From NCBI GenBank assembly GCA_963665125.2, contig CAXXUK010000001.1, positions 1,856,001-1,920,000 on the forward strand: a DNA stretch of 64,000 nt, read 5' to 3'. The stretch is from an uncultured Desulfarculus sp. Its GTDB lineage: Bacteria; Desulfobacterota; Desulfarculia; Desulfarculales; Desulfarculaceae. Both the position numbers and the translations under genes were made by a program. Positions 26,632-35,411 of the stretch are shown here, piece after piece. Each line of letters opens with the position of its first letter. Position 1 is the stretch's first letter. The notes beneath the pieces were generated by a model. The model did no database searches and was not told where the DNA came from. It saw only the letters and a list, made by a program, of their open reading frames with translations.

Positions 26632-28245
26632 CTAGTGATAGGCCGGAACGCTGGGGAACCGGCTGGTGTCGGTGTGAGGGATGAAGCGCGCGGCCGAGAA
26701 ACGGTTCATCAGCATCTGGTTCACGTTGAGTTCCAGATAGGTCAGTTTGTCCACGATGGCTTCCACCTGGGGCCTAGTTTCCGGCTCCAGCAGCAGGCGC
26801 TGGCAGCCCCGCAAAGAGCTATTGCCAAGGGGAATGAACTTGTCCCGGGGCAGGTCCGGCAGCATGCCCAGGGTGATGGCCGTGTCCGGGTCGATGACGT
26901 TGCCGAAGGCCCCGGCCACGAAAAACGCCGAGAGCATCTCGAACTCCAGGCCCACTTCCAAAAGCACCGTGCGCAGGATGGTGTACATGGCCGCCTTGGA
27001 ACGGATCAGGATATCGATTTCTATCTCGTCGATGGCGATTGGTTCGCCGCTTTCCGATTCTTCGGCCGTGGCCACCATGTAATTTTTAACGCCGTCTTCA
27101 TCAATGAAAACGCGGTAATGGTCCTCCAGGATCAGTTTGCCGCGCATGTCCATGATCCTGGTCAAATACATTTGGGCCAAAAGCTGTAACAGGCCCGAGC
27201 CGCACAGGCCCTTGGCCTTGGGGATGCTGCCGTCGGCGTCGGGGATGATCTTCAGGGTTGGCTCATAGGTATGGGCATCGATGCTCACGCCCTCGATGGC
27301 GCCGGGCTGGGCCAGGATGCCCCGCTTGGCCACGCCGCTCTCCAGGGCCGGTCCGGCCGCTCCGGCGCAGGCTATGAGCCAGTCGCGGTTGCCCAGGACC
27401 ACCTCGGCGTTGGTTCCCACATCCACCAGAATGGCCAGGTCTTCACGCTGGTGTAGACCCGCCGCCACGATGCCGGCCACCAGATCGCCGCCAAAGTATG
27501 AACCCACATTGGGCATGCACCACACAACGCAGCCTTGGCCCAAAGCCAGGCCTATGTCCACGGCGAAAAACGGCGCCGGCCGGTTGACCACCGGGATGTA
27601 GGGCTCCCGGCAGATGCTCTGGGTGTCCAGGCCCAGAAAGAAATGAGTCATTGTGGTATTGCCCGCGGCCACCATGCCCATGACCTCGGACGGCTGGCGG
27701 CCGGCCCGGGCGCACATGCCCCCGATGACTTTACCGGCCGCGTCCACCAGCATCCTGTGCAGATTCTCCGCGCCCTGGGGCGTGGCCGCCGCATGAATGC
27801 GAGTCAGGATGTCCGAACCAATTTCGGCCTGGGGATTCATCTTGGTGCCTTTGGCCAGTTCAGCGCCCGAGGCCAGATCGTGCAGTGTCGCCTGCAAATG
27901 GGTGGAGCCGATATCCAAAGCCACGCCCAGGCCTTGCCCCCCCCACAGGCCGGCGGGCACCTCGGCGGCCAAAGCCGCCGCTTCGGGCGTCACAGCAGAG
28001 GCGCCGGTGTCGCCGGGCTCCACGGCCACGATCACCGGACCCATCCGGCCCTGGGTTATGGTGGCGGTTACGTCGTATCCGGCCTCCCGGATGGCCCGGG
28101 CAAAGGGCCAGAGGCGGCCCACGGCAACATATGGCCACTGGCCCGTGGCGGCGCGCACGGCCTTACTTAGCCGGTCAATGGTCGCGGTGTTGTTTTTCAG
28201 GCTGGGCGGAGTAAGGCTCAGGTGCAGCTTTTGGCTTTCGGGCAT
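26632..28245 (-). CDS. ASKHA-domain ATPase, RACo/DUF4445 corrinoid-protein reductive activator family, lacking the N-terminal [2Fe-2S] domain
   Basis: LTPPSL..N..DRL linker, ALDIGST, NPQ...GSDILTRI, AGNTTM, YFGGD, DVGTNAE, AAGPALE, GLCGSG, AGAFG, GNSSL. Confidence 0.9.
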   Translation of the reverse strand: MPESQKLHLSLTPPSLKNNTATIDRLSKAVRAATGQWPYVAVGRLWPFARAIREAGYDVTATITQGRMGPVIVAVEPGDTGASAVTPEAAALAAEVPAGLWGGQGLGVALDIGSTHLQATLHDLASGAELAKGTKMNPQAEIGSDILTRIHAAATPQGAENLHRMLVDAAGKVIGGMCARAGRQPSEVMGMVAAGNTTMTHFFLGLDTQSICREPYIPVVNRPAPFFAVDIGLALGQGCVVWCMPNVGSYFGGDLVAGIVAAGLHQREDLAILVDVGTNAEVVLGNRDWLIACAGAAGPALESGVAKRGILAQPGAIEGVSIDAHTYEPTLKIIPDADGSIPKAKGLCGSGLLQLLAQMYLTRIMDMRGKLILEDHYRVFIDEDGVKNYMVATAEESESGEPIAIDEIEIDILIRSKAAMYTILRTVLLEVGLEFEMLSAFFVAGAFGNVIDPDTAITLGMLPDLPRDKFIPLGNSSLRGCQRLLLEPETRPQVEAIVDKLTYLELNVNQMLMNRFSAARFIPHTDTSRFPSVPAYH

Positions 28246-28277
28246 TATCGGAAACCTCTTATGGATGTTTTTTGCAA

Positions 28278-28310
28278 ATCATTGCAGCGTGGGGGCTGTT
28301 TGTCAAACAG
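28278..28310 (-). promoter_or_regulatory. sigma70 promoter of the ASKHA gene with a 15-bp palindrome over the -35 box
   Basis: Minus strand TTGACA-N17-AATGAT (TGn extension); CTGTTTG-A-CAAACAG at 28296-28310. Confidence 0.6.
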
Positions 28311-28427
28311 GCATTGAATCGTTAAGGCTCTTGCGAATTGTCTGGCCGCCAATTAGCCGGTTTGCTACTTATTAAATAAGCGGATCACGAAATAAATACC
28401 GGTGTATACATAGGAGATGCTGTAGTC

Positions 28428-30551
28428 TTGCTATCCACCACTTTGGCAATAGGCGTTCTTTTAGGCCTGGGGTTCATCTGCGCCAAGGCCGCCCGGATGA
28501 TACGCCTTCCCTCGGTGACCGGTTATATCATCGCCGGACTGGCCCTGGGGCCTTCGGGCTTCAGGCTCATCACCCAACAAACAGTGGGCGCCAATCTTGA
28601 CTATTTCACCGAGCTGGCCTTGATGCTGGTCGCCTTTGGCATTGGCGAGCATCTGGAATGGAACAAGCTCAAACCAGCCCTGAAAAGCGTGACGTTGATC
28701 AGCATTTTTGAATCAGGACTGGCCTTTCTTTTAGTGGGCGCTGGCGTTTTCACGATTGCGAGCATCTCCGGTTCCGGACAGACCGGCTGGGCCGGCTCAG
28801 ATTACCTGGTGCTGGCCCTTTTGCTGGGGGCCATCTCCATTGCCACCGCCCCGGCGGCGACCATGATGGTCATGCGCGAATCCAAGGCCGCCGGACCTGT
28901 CAGCGACACTCTCATGGCCGTCGTGGCAGCCAACAACGGCCTGGCCATCACCTTTTTCGGCATGGCCCTAAGCGCCGCCAGGCAATTGGCCGGAGCCACG
29001 GGCGGCTCCCACACCATCGCTGTCCTGGCCAGTGTGTTTGAAATCCTCGGTTCATTGGTGTTGGGCGTCATCACCGGCCTGATTATCGACCTGGTCATCC
29101 ACAAACTCAGGCGCAGGGGCGACATGCTGACCTTTGGTCTCGCCTTGCTGCTGTTGTTGGACGCCGTGGCCGGCATGACCGGCCTTTCGCCTCTTTTGGC
29201 GGGCATGGCCGCCGGATGCGCCATCGTCAACCGCAACCGCCGTGACGTTCGGCTGTTCCGCACCCTCAACGACTTTGAGCCGCCGTTTTACATCCTGTTT
29301 TTCACCCTGGCCGGGGCGCACCTAGACATCGACTCCCTGGCCGTGGCCGGTTGGCTCTGTCTGGCCTATTTCGTCCTGCGCATGGCCGGCAAGGCCACGG
29401 GCTCCTACATCGGAGCCAGACTGGGCGGCGCCCCGGAGACGGTCCGGCGCTGGCTGGGCCTGGCCCTGATGCCCCAGGCGGGCATAGCCATCGGTCTGGT
29501 CTTTTTGATCCAAAGCGATTCTTCCCTGAGCAACTACGCCCGGCTGATCACGCCGGTGGTTCTGGGCAGCGTGTTCCTGGCCGAGGTAATCGGCCCGGCC
29601 GCGGCCAGATACGCCTTTGCCAAGGCTGGCGAGACCCCGGCCAGCCTGGAGCCCTCTCCCCCCACCCGTCATGACCAGGCCGAGACCACCGAGGCCGGCG
29701 GTTATAAGCTGGTGCCCTGGTCCTGGGGCCGGCTCGCCCCCCTGACCAAGTACCGGGGCACGATCATGTTCGTGCTGACGGATCTGGCGTCTTCGGCCGG
29801 TCTTGCCCGCATGGCGGCGATCATCGCCCATGGCATGCAGGCCAAACCACTGGCCCTCCGGCTGCAACATGACGGACCCCAGGCCAAGACCCTGGGCGTG
29901 CTTTCAACCGCTTCCGAACAGATCCGCAGCATGGGTTCGGAAATGCTCAGCGAGATATCCGATGAAGGCGAATTGCCTTTCGCCGTAGCCCACGCGGCCA
30001 AGGAGTACAATTCGTTGTTTGTCCTGGCGGCCCACCCGCCGGGAAACAGCCAGCGCGATTTTCACAGGACTTTGGACGAGTTGGTGGAAAAGGCCCCCTG
30101 TCCGGTAATCTCGGTCCGTTTCAGGGGGGTGATGCACACCGAGCGCATCCTGGTGCCCGTGGCCAGCCGGGCCGAGCTTCGGGCCGTGGGCGCGGTTGTC
30201 TGGGCCCTTTCAAAGGTGGGCATGCACCGCATCACCTTGATGACCATGCTGCCGTGCGTGGCCATTGAGGAAGAGCTGGAAGATGCAGAGGGCGATCTGC
30301 TGGAATGGGCCCGGGATGAAGGCCTCGGCCATTCCCTGCGCGCCCTGGCCGTGGGCACGGACAACAGGGTCCAGGCCATTGTGGAAGAGCTTGCCGAGCA
30401 TGATCTGTTGGTCATGCCGGTAATCCACCAAAGCGGCCTGCAGCGGTTCTTCACCGGTTCACTGGCCCACGACGTCGTGCAGCGTGCCAACAAGCCTATG
30501 CTGCTGGTCCATGAGGGCCGGGGAGCGAACCCCATGTCCATGCCCTTGTGA
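28428..30551 (+). CDS. Cation:proton antiporter (Na_H_Exchanger) with C-terminal universal-stress-protein-like domains
   Basis: RLPSVTGYIIAG, ATAPAAT, FFTLAGA, LMPQAGIAIG; C-terminal RILVPV...RFFTGSLAHDVVQRANKPMLLV. Confidence 0.88.
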   Translation: MLSTTLAIGVLLGLGFICAKAARMIRLPSVTGYIIAGLALGPSGFRLITQQTVGANLDYFTELALMLVAFGIGEHLEWNKLKPALKSVTLISIFESGLAFLLVGAGVFTIASISGSGQTGWAGSDYLVLALLLGAISIATAPAATMMVMRESKAAGPVSDTLMAVVAANNGLAITFFGMALSAARQLAGATGGSHTIAVLASVFEILGSLVLGVITGLIIDLVIHKLRRRGDMLTFGLALLLLLDAVAGMTGLSPLLAGMAAGCAIVNRNRRDVRLFRTLNDFEPPFYILFFTLAGAHLDIDSLAVAGWLCLAYFVLRMAGKATGSYIGARLGGAPETVRRWLGLALMPQAGIAIGLVFLIQSDSSLSNYARLITPVVLGSVFLAEVIGPAAARYAFAKAGETPASLEPSPPTRHDQAETTEAGGYKLVPWSWGRLAPLTKYRGTIMFVLTDLASSAGLARMAAIIAHGMQAKPLALRLQHDGPQAKTLGVLSTASEQIRSMGSEMLSEISDEGELPFAVAHAAKEYNSLFVLAAHPPGNSQRDFHRTLDELVEKAPCPVISVRFRGVMHTERILVPVASRAELRAVGAVVWALSKVGMHRITLMTMLPCVAIEEELEDAEGDLLEWARDEGLGHSLRALAVGTDNRVQAIVEELAEHDLLVMPVIHQSGLQRFFTGSLAHDVVQRANKPMLLVHEGRGANPMSMPL

Positions 30552-30866
30552 TCAGGCGGCCTTTATCGGCGCCACGAGGTTGCCGTGGGCCGGAGCCATT
30601 TCGGAGTTCCAATACTCCACGAAGGCCTTTATCCGGGCCTGGTCCAGGTCGGCCAGTTTCATGCCCTCGTAGACCAGCCAGCGGGCCAAGGCCTTGAACG
30701 GCTTGCCCGAGGCCTGGGCCTGCTCCATGATCTCGGCCGGCTCATAGTCAAAGACCATGATAATGGCGGCCTGGGCCGTGGCGGCCATGATGTCCCAATC
30801 ACCGTTGCCGCTCTCCAGCTCTTCGACTGCCGATTCCAGGTTTTTCCATGCGATGGCGCAATTCAT
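30552..30866 (-). CDS. Hypothetical 104-aa alpha-helical protein under cobalamin riboswitch control
   Basis: TGGAGG RBS then ATG 30866; directly downstream of the riboswitch attenuator; no family recognised. Confidence 0.8.
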   Translation of the reverse strand: MNCAIAWKNLESAVEELESGNGDWDIMAATAQAAIIMVFDYEPAEIMEQAQASGKPFKALARWLVYEGMKLADLDQARIKAFVEYWNSEMAPAHGNLVAPIKAA

Positions 30867-30876
30867 CGTATCCTCC

Positions 30877-30907
30877 AAAAAGCAAAACCGGCCCGATGTC
30901 AGGCCGG
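30877..30907 (-). terminator. Riboswitch-controlled intrinsic terminator (attenuator)
   Basis: Minus strand CCGGCCTGA-CA-TCGGGCCGG-TTTTGCTTTTT; competing antiterminator CCGGCGAT/ATCGCCGG at 30904-30935. Confidence 0.8.
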
Positions 30908-30992
30908 CGATTGCACCCTAATTCTTCATCGCCGGGAGCGTGATAGACCGCTCCCCCAAGGTTTGCGTCCACGCGAAAGCCTTGGCTAGCCA

Positions 30993-31220
30993 ACGGGTTG
31001 GCAGGTATTCTGACTTCCGGATCACCCCGGCGGCCATGCCTTCCCACCCCATTATGGGCAGTGGCTGGACGTTCAAACGCCCCCATGGCCGCGGTCCCCG
31101 GTTACAGCGGCGGGACCGTGACGGACTTGCACCGTCTTCCCTCTTGGCCCCTTTGCAGGCCGCCTTGCGGCGCCTTGAAAAACCACGGAGGTTTTTTCGC
31201 TTTCCAGGGGACCAACCCGT
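30993..31220 (-). promoter_or_regulatory. Cobalamin (B12) riboswitch
   Basis: Minus strand AGGGAAGACGGTGCAAGTCCGTCACGGTCCCGCCGCTGTAA...GCCACTG...GGGAAGG...AGTCAGAATACCTGCC (B12 box); 9-bp P1 ACGGGTTGG/CCAACCCGT. Confidence 0.93.
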
Positions 31221-31269
31221 ACAATAATTTTATAAACTCTACCACCGCCCCTTTGGCAAATCAATGAAA

Positions 31270-32640
31270 TCAGAGCAGGCTGGCGCCCATCTCGGCCACG
31301 TCCGAACGTTCGCCGCGTTTTAGGGTGACATGGCCGGAAAGCTCCGAGGCCTTGATGGCCTCAACCATCCGGGTCAGCCCGTTGCTGGCCGAATCCAGGT
31401 ACGGGTGGTCGATCTGCTCGATATCGCCGGTGAAGATTATCTTGGAGCCCTCGCCCACCCTGGTCAGCAGCGTCTTGATGGCGTGGGTGGTGCAGTTTTG
31501 GGCCTCGTCCACGATGATGAACTGCCGGGGGATGCTGCGGCCGCGGATATAGGTCAGGGCCTCCAGTTCCAGCTTGCCGGTGTAGCTCAGGTAGTCTTCC
31601 ACTTCCTGGTTTGGGTTCTTGTCAAAACCGGGGAAGCGCTTGTTGGCTCCGGGCATGGCGCCCAGGGGGCCTGTGTTCAATAGGAATTGCAGATTGTCAT
31701 AGATGGGCTGCATCCAGGGGCGCAGCTTTTCGCCCTTGTCGCCCGGCAGAAAACCAAGATCCTGGCCGTCCAGAGGTATCACCGGCCGGGTCACCAGCAG
31801 CTTGAAATACAGTTCCCGCTCCAGGGCCTGTTCCAGCCCGGCGGCCAAGGCCAGAAGGGTCTTGCCCGTGCCCGCCCCGCCGGCCAGGGTCACGACCTTG
31901 ACGTCGGGGTCCAGAAGCAGTTCCAAGGCGAATATCTGCTCCTTGTTGCGGGCCTGTAGACCAAAGCACTGTGGGTCGGATTTGGTCAACAGTGGTCTGA
32001 GCATACCGCCCTTGAGCCGGGCCAGGGCCGAGGAAGATGCAGTGCTTTCGCTTCTAAGCACCACGAATTGGTTGGGCAGCAGGCCCCATTCCGGCGATAC
32101 GGCCAGTCCCCTGTCGCGGTAAAAGGCGTCCATGTCCGCCTGGGAGACGACTATCTCGGCCACGCCGCCGTAGAGATGGCGGAAGTCCACCTTGTCGTTG
32201 ACCAGGTCGTCGGCGGTCACGCCGAGCAGGTCGGACTTGACCCGCAGGTTTAGGTCTTTGGAGACCAGGGTCACATGGCCGTCTTTGCCGCTATGGGCCA
32301 GGTTCAGGGCAACGGCCAAAATGCGGTTATCAGGTTTACTGAAGTCCAGGACATCCAGTTCGGGGGGCAACTGTTCCACGCTACGGTGGTTTATCTCGAT
32401 GCGCAGGGTTCCGCCGGTTTCCAGGTCCACGCCCTTGGACAAGGCGCCTTGGGCGCGCATGGCGTCGAGATAGCGGGACACCTCCCTGGCGTTGCGCCCT
32501 ATCTCGTCCTGGCGTTTCTTTTGGGCGTCGATTTCCTCGATTACGGCCAAGGGAATGACAACGTTGTTTTCTTCGAATACAAAAATGGAACGGGGATTGT
32601 GCAGCAGGACGTTGGTGTCAAGAACAAAGGTTTTTTTCAT
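31270..32640 (-). CDS. phoH: PIN-PhoH protein (PhoH2/YlaK type)
   Basis: FVLDTNVLLH PIN start, PDNRIL, SKD.NLR.K, GGAGTGKT, LGFLPG, YIRGRS, DEAQN, TGDIEQID. Confidence 0.92.
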   Translation of the reverse strand: MKKTFVLDTNVLLHNPRSIFVFEENNVVIPLAVIEEIDAQKKRQDEIGRNAREVSRYLDAMRAQGALSKGVDLETGGTLRIEINHRSVEQLPPELDVLDFSKPDNRILAVALNLAHSGKDGHVTLVSKDLNLRVKSDLLGVTADDLVNDKVDFRHLYGGVAEIVVSQADMDAFYRDRGLAVSPEWGLLPNQFVVLRSESTASSSALARLKGGMLRPLLTKSDPQCFGLQARNKEQIFALELLLDPDVKVVTLAGGAGTGKTLLALAAGLEQALERELYFKLLVTRPVIPLDGQDLGFLPGDKGEKLRPWMQPIYDNLQFLLNTGPLGAMPGANKRFPGFDKNPNQEVEDYLSYTGKLELEALTYIRGRSIPRQFIIVDEAQNCTTHAIKTLLTRVGEGSKIIFTGDIEQIDHPYLDSASNGLTRMVEAIKASELSGHVTLKRGERSDVAEMGASLL

Positions 32641-32908
32641 TTCGGTCCGGCACCCTTCCGCTAGAGGCACGCCGTTTCAATTCACCGCCGATCTCCATGG
32701 GGGAATAGGCGACGCCACGGCGCGCGCGGTTAAAGATTGCGCCCGGTTTTCCATTATGTTGCACCACGCGGCACCGCGCCGTTGCCCGGAAAACGGACAA
32801 AGCGAGATAAAGGCCGCCTGGATTTTCGCGGTTGAAAGTCCCCGGCGCTGGTGTGACGCGCCGGGCTGTGTGTGGAGCGGCCCGTTTCCGGCCGCTCCGG
32901 CGGGTATT

Positions 32909-33067
32909 TTAGAACAGGGCATAAATAAACGGCGCCACTGCCGATCCCTGCGTCAGGACGATCAAGGCCCCGAGCAGAACAAGCATTACGACGATGGGTA
33001 GAAGCCAAAACTTCTTGGTTTCCCGCAGAAACCCCCAGAACTGCCCCAATACGGAAAGTTTTCCCAC
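32909..33067 (-). CDS. DUF5989/SxtK-like small membrane protein (52 aa), not in the ORF track
   Basis: AGGAG RBS, GTG start: MGKLSVLGQFWGFLRETKKFWLLPIVVMLVLLGALIVLTQGSAVAPFIYALF*. Confidence 0.88.
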   Translation of the reverse strand: MGKLSVLGQFWGFLRETKKFWLLPIVVMLVLLGALIVLTQGSAVAPFIYALF

Positions 33068-33116
33068 CGGTGAAACTCCTTACCGGTAAAAGCCCTAGGA
33101 GGGCTGTCATCACACG

Positions 33117-33545
33117 CTAATACATCTTCTCGCTGGATGCCGGGTCGTACTCCTGTTGCGGCCTGACGTGCCAGTAGGAGTCGCGGTCGCGCATTTTGCG
33201 ATCCAGCAGGTCCTTGCCAAAGAGCTTTAGCATCAAGCCCGTGGGCGTCAGCACAAGATAATACAGGATCGACAGCAATAAACGCGAGACAAACCAGCCC
33301 AGGACCAGGGCCAGGGTCATCCATACCCGGTAAACCGGTTTAAGGCCCGCGGGCCATACAAAGCCCCAAATGCCGAACAACACGCCCGCGCCAACCGCGT
33401 ACGGTCCCCAGGCGCGGCCGCCCCACCAAGCCAAGCCGCCGATGAGACCCAGGGCAACCAGAAAAACGATGCCCAGATTACGCAGATCCTTGCGCTGGGG
33501 ATCGAGTTGGCTCAGTTCGTCTTTTACGTCGCTGATAAAACCCAT
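33117..33545 (-). CDS. SxtJ-family membrane protein
   Basis: KDLRNLG, P..LKPVYRVWM.LA..LGW..SRLLL..YYLVLTP.GL..K..GKD.L...SYW. Confidence 0.85.
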   Translation of the reverse strand: MGFISDVKDELSQLDPQRKDLRNLGIVFLVALGLIGGLAWWGGRAWGPYAVGAGVLFGIWGFVWPAGLKPVYRVWMTLALVLGWFVSRLLLSILYYLVLTPTGLMLKLFGKDLLDRKMRDRDSYWHVRPQQEYDPASSEKMY

Positions 33546-33551
33546 GGTCGG

Positions 33552-35369
33552 CTAATCCAATTCAAACTCTTGGCGCCAGTCGCCTTCTTCTTTCCATTCG
33601 GGCTGGGCTGTCTTGTCCAGCAGGAATGGACCCAGGGCCAGGTAATCCATCTCGGTGCGCATAAAGCAGGTGTAGGCATGTTCGGGCGTGCAGACGATGG
33701 GCTCGCCGCGCACGTTGAAGCTGGTGTTGACGATGGTGCCGCACCCGGTGAGTTCTTCCATGGCCTTGAGCAGACGGTAGTACATGGGGTTGGTCTGTTC
33801 ATGCACGGTCTGAATCCTGGCTGAATAGTCCACGTGGGTCACGGCCGGAATCTCCGAACGCACCACGTTGAGTTTTTGGATGCCGAAGAGCTTTTGTTCG
33901 TCTTCGGTCATGGCCCGGCGGATTTCCGGCCTGACCCCGGCCACCAGCAACATGTAGGGGCTGGCGCCGTCCATTTCAAAGTAATCGCCGACCCGCTCGG
34001 CCAATACGGACGGCGCGAAGGGCCTGAACGACTCGCGGTATTTGATCTTGAGGTTCATCACCGACTGGATGCGCGGGCTGCGGGCGTCGCCGATGATCGA
34101 GCGCGCCCCCAAGGCCCGTGGTCCGAACTCCATGCGGCCCTGGAACCAGCCGATGACCTTTTCACCGGCGATCAGCGAGGCCACCCGTTTGGTGATGCCG
34201 TCGTAGCCGACGTTTTCGTAAGGTATGCCGCGCTCGGTGAGGAAACGCTCCACCTGCTGCTCGTTAAAGCCCGGCCCCAGATACGAGCCGAACTGGCAGT
34301 CGAATTTGTCGTCGGCCTGGCGCGGGTTGTCCAGATATTGATGCCAGGCGAACATTGCCGCGCCCAAGGCGCCGCCGGCGTCGCCCGCCGCTGGCTGAAT
34401 CCAGATATCCTCAAAGGGGCCTTCGCGCAACAGCTTGCCGTTGGCCACGCAGTTGAGGGCCACGCCTCCGGCCATGCATAGGTATTTTTCACCGGTTTGG
34501 GCGTGGATATGCCGGGCCGTGCGCATGACCACCTCTTCGGTGACCTTTTGCACGCTGGCCGCCAGGTCCATCTCCCGCTGGGTCAGCGGCGATTCGGGCT
34601 TGCGCGGCGGTCCGCCAAACAGCTTGTCGAACTTGCTGTTGGTCATGGTCAGGCCCTGGCAATAGTTGAAATAGCTCATGTCCAGCTTGTATGAGCCGTC
34701 CTCCTTGAGGTCCATCAGCTTGTCGAGGATCACGTCCACGTACTTGGGATCGCCATAAGGCGCCAAGCCCATGATCTTGTATTCACCGGAATTGACCTTA
34801 AAACCCGTAAAATAGGTGAAGGCCGAATACAACAGGCCAATGGAGTGGGGAAAACGGATCTCGGCCCGGATGTCGATCTTGTTGCCGTCGCCCACGCCCC
34901 AGGAGGTGGTGGTCCACTCGCCCACGCCGTCCAGGGTCAGGAAGGCCGCCCGCTGGTACGGCGAGCTGAAAAAGGCCGACGCGGCATGGGACTGATGATG
35001 CTCGGGGAAGATTATCTTGCCCTCGTAGCCCAGTTCCTTTTGGATCACGTCCGGCAGCCACAGCTTCTGACGGATCCACAGGGGCATGGCCATCAAGAAC
35101 GACTTGATGCCCGACGGGGCATAGGCCAGATACGTTTCCAACAGGCGGTCGAACTTTGTCAGCGGCTTGTCGTAGAACGCCACCAAGTCGAGATCGGCCG
35201 CCGTGAGCCCGGCCTGTTTCAAACAGAACCGGGCCGCCTTTGCCGGAAAATTATGATCGTGTTTTACCCGTGTCCAGCGCTCTTCCTGTCCGGCGGCCAC
35301 AATGCGGCCGTCTTGCACCAGGCATGCTGCGGAATCGTGGTAATAACCTGATATGCCGAGAATATTCAA
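33552..35369 (-). CDS. O-carbamoyltransferase (NodU/CmcH/SxtI family)
   Basis: ILGISGYYHDSAA, EHHQSHAASAF, DGVGE, GEYKIMGLAPYG, AGGVALNC, EFGPRALG, RESFRPFAP, NTSFN. Confidence 0.95.
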   Translation of the reverse strand: MNILGISGYYHDSAACLVQDGRIVAAGQEERWTRVKHDHNFPAKAARFCLKQAGLTAADLDLVAFYDKPLTKFDRLLETYLAYAPSGIKSFLMAMPLWIRQKLWLPDVIQKELGYEGKIIFPEHHQSHAASAFFSSPYQRAAFLTLDGVGEWTTTSWGVGDGNKIDIRAEIRFPHSIGLLYSAFTYFTGFKVNSGEYKIMGLAPYGDPKYVDVILDKLMDLKEDGSYKLDMSYFNYCQGLTMTNSKFDKLFGGPPRKPESPLTQREMDLAASVQKVTEEVVMRTARHIHAQTGEKYLCMAGGVALNCVANGKLLREGPFEDIWIQPAAGDAGGALGAAMFAWHQYLDNPRQADDKFDCQFGSYLGPGFNEQQVERFLTERGIPYENVGYDGITKRVASLIAGEKVIGWFQGRMEFGPRALGARSIIGDARSPRIQSVMNLKIKYRESFRPFAPSVLAERVGDYFEMDGASPYMLLVAGVRPEIRRAMTEDEQKLFGIQKLNVVRSEIPAVTHVDYSARIQTVHEQTNPMYYRLLKAMEELTGCGTIVNTSFNVRGEPIVCTPEHAYTCFMRTEMDYLALGPFLLDKTAQPEWKEEGDWRQEFELD

Positions 35370-35411
35370 TCGCCGCCTCTAGCCTCTCTGAAAATAGGAG
35401 TGCAGCAATCC

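Noticed and set aside
32909..35369. Saxitoxin biosynthesis
   Set aside because: Only sxtI/J/K-like genes are present; no core sxtA, sxtG or sxtB homologues in the window.
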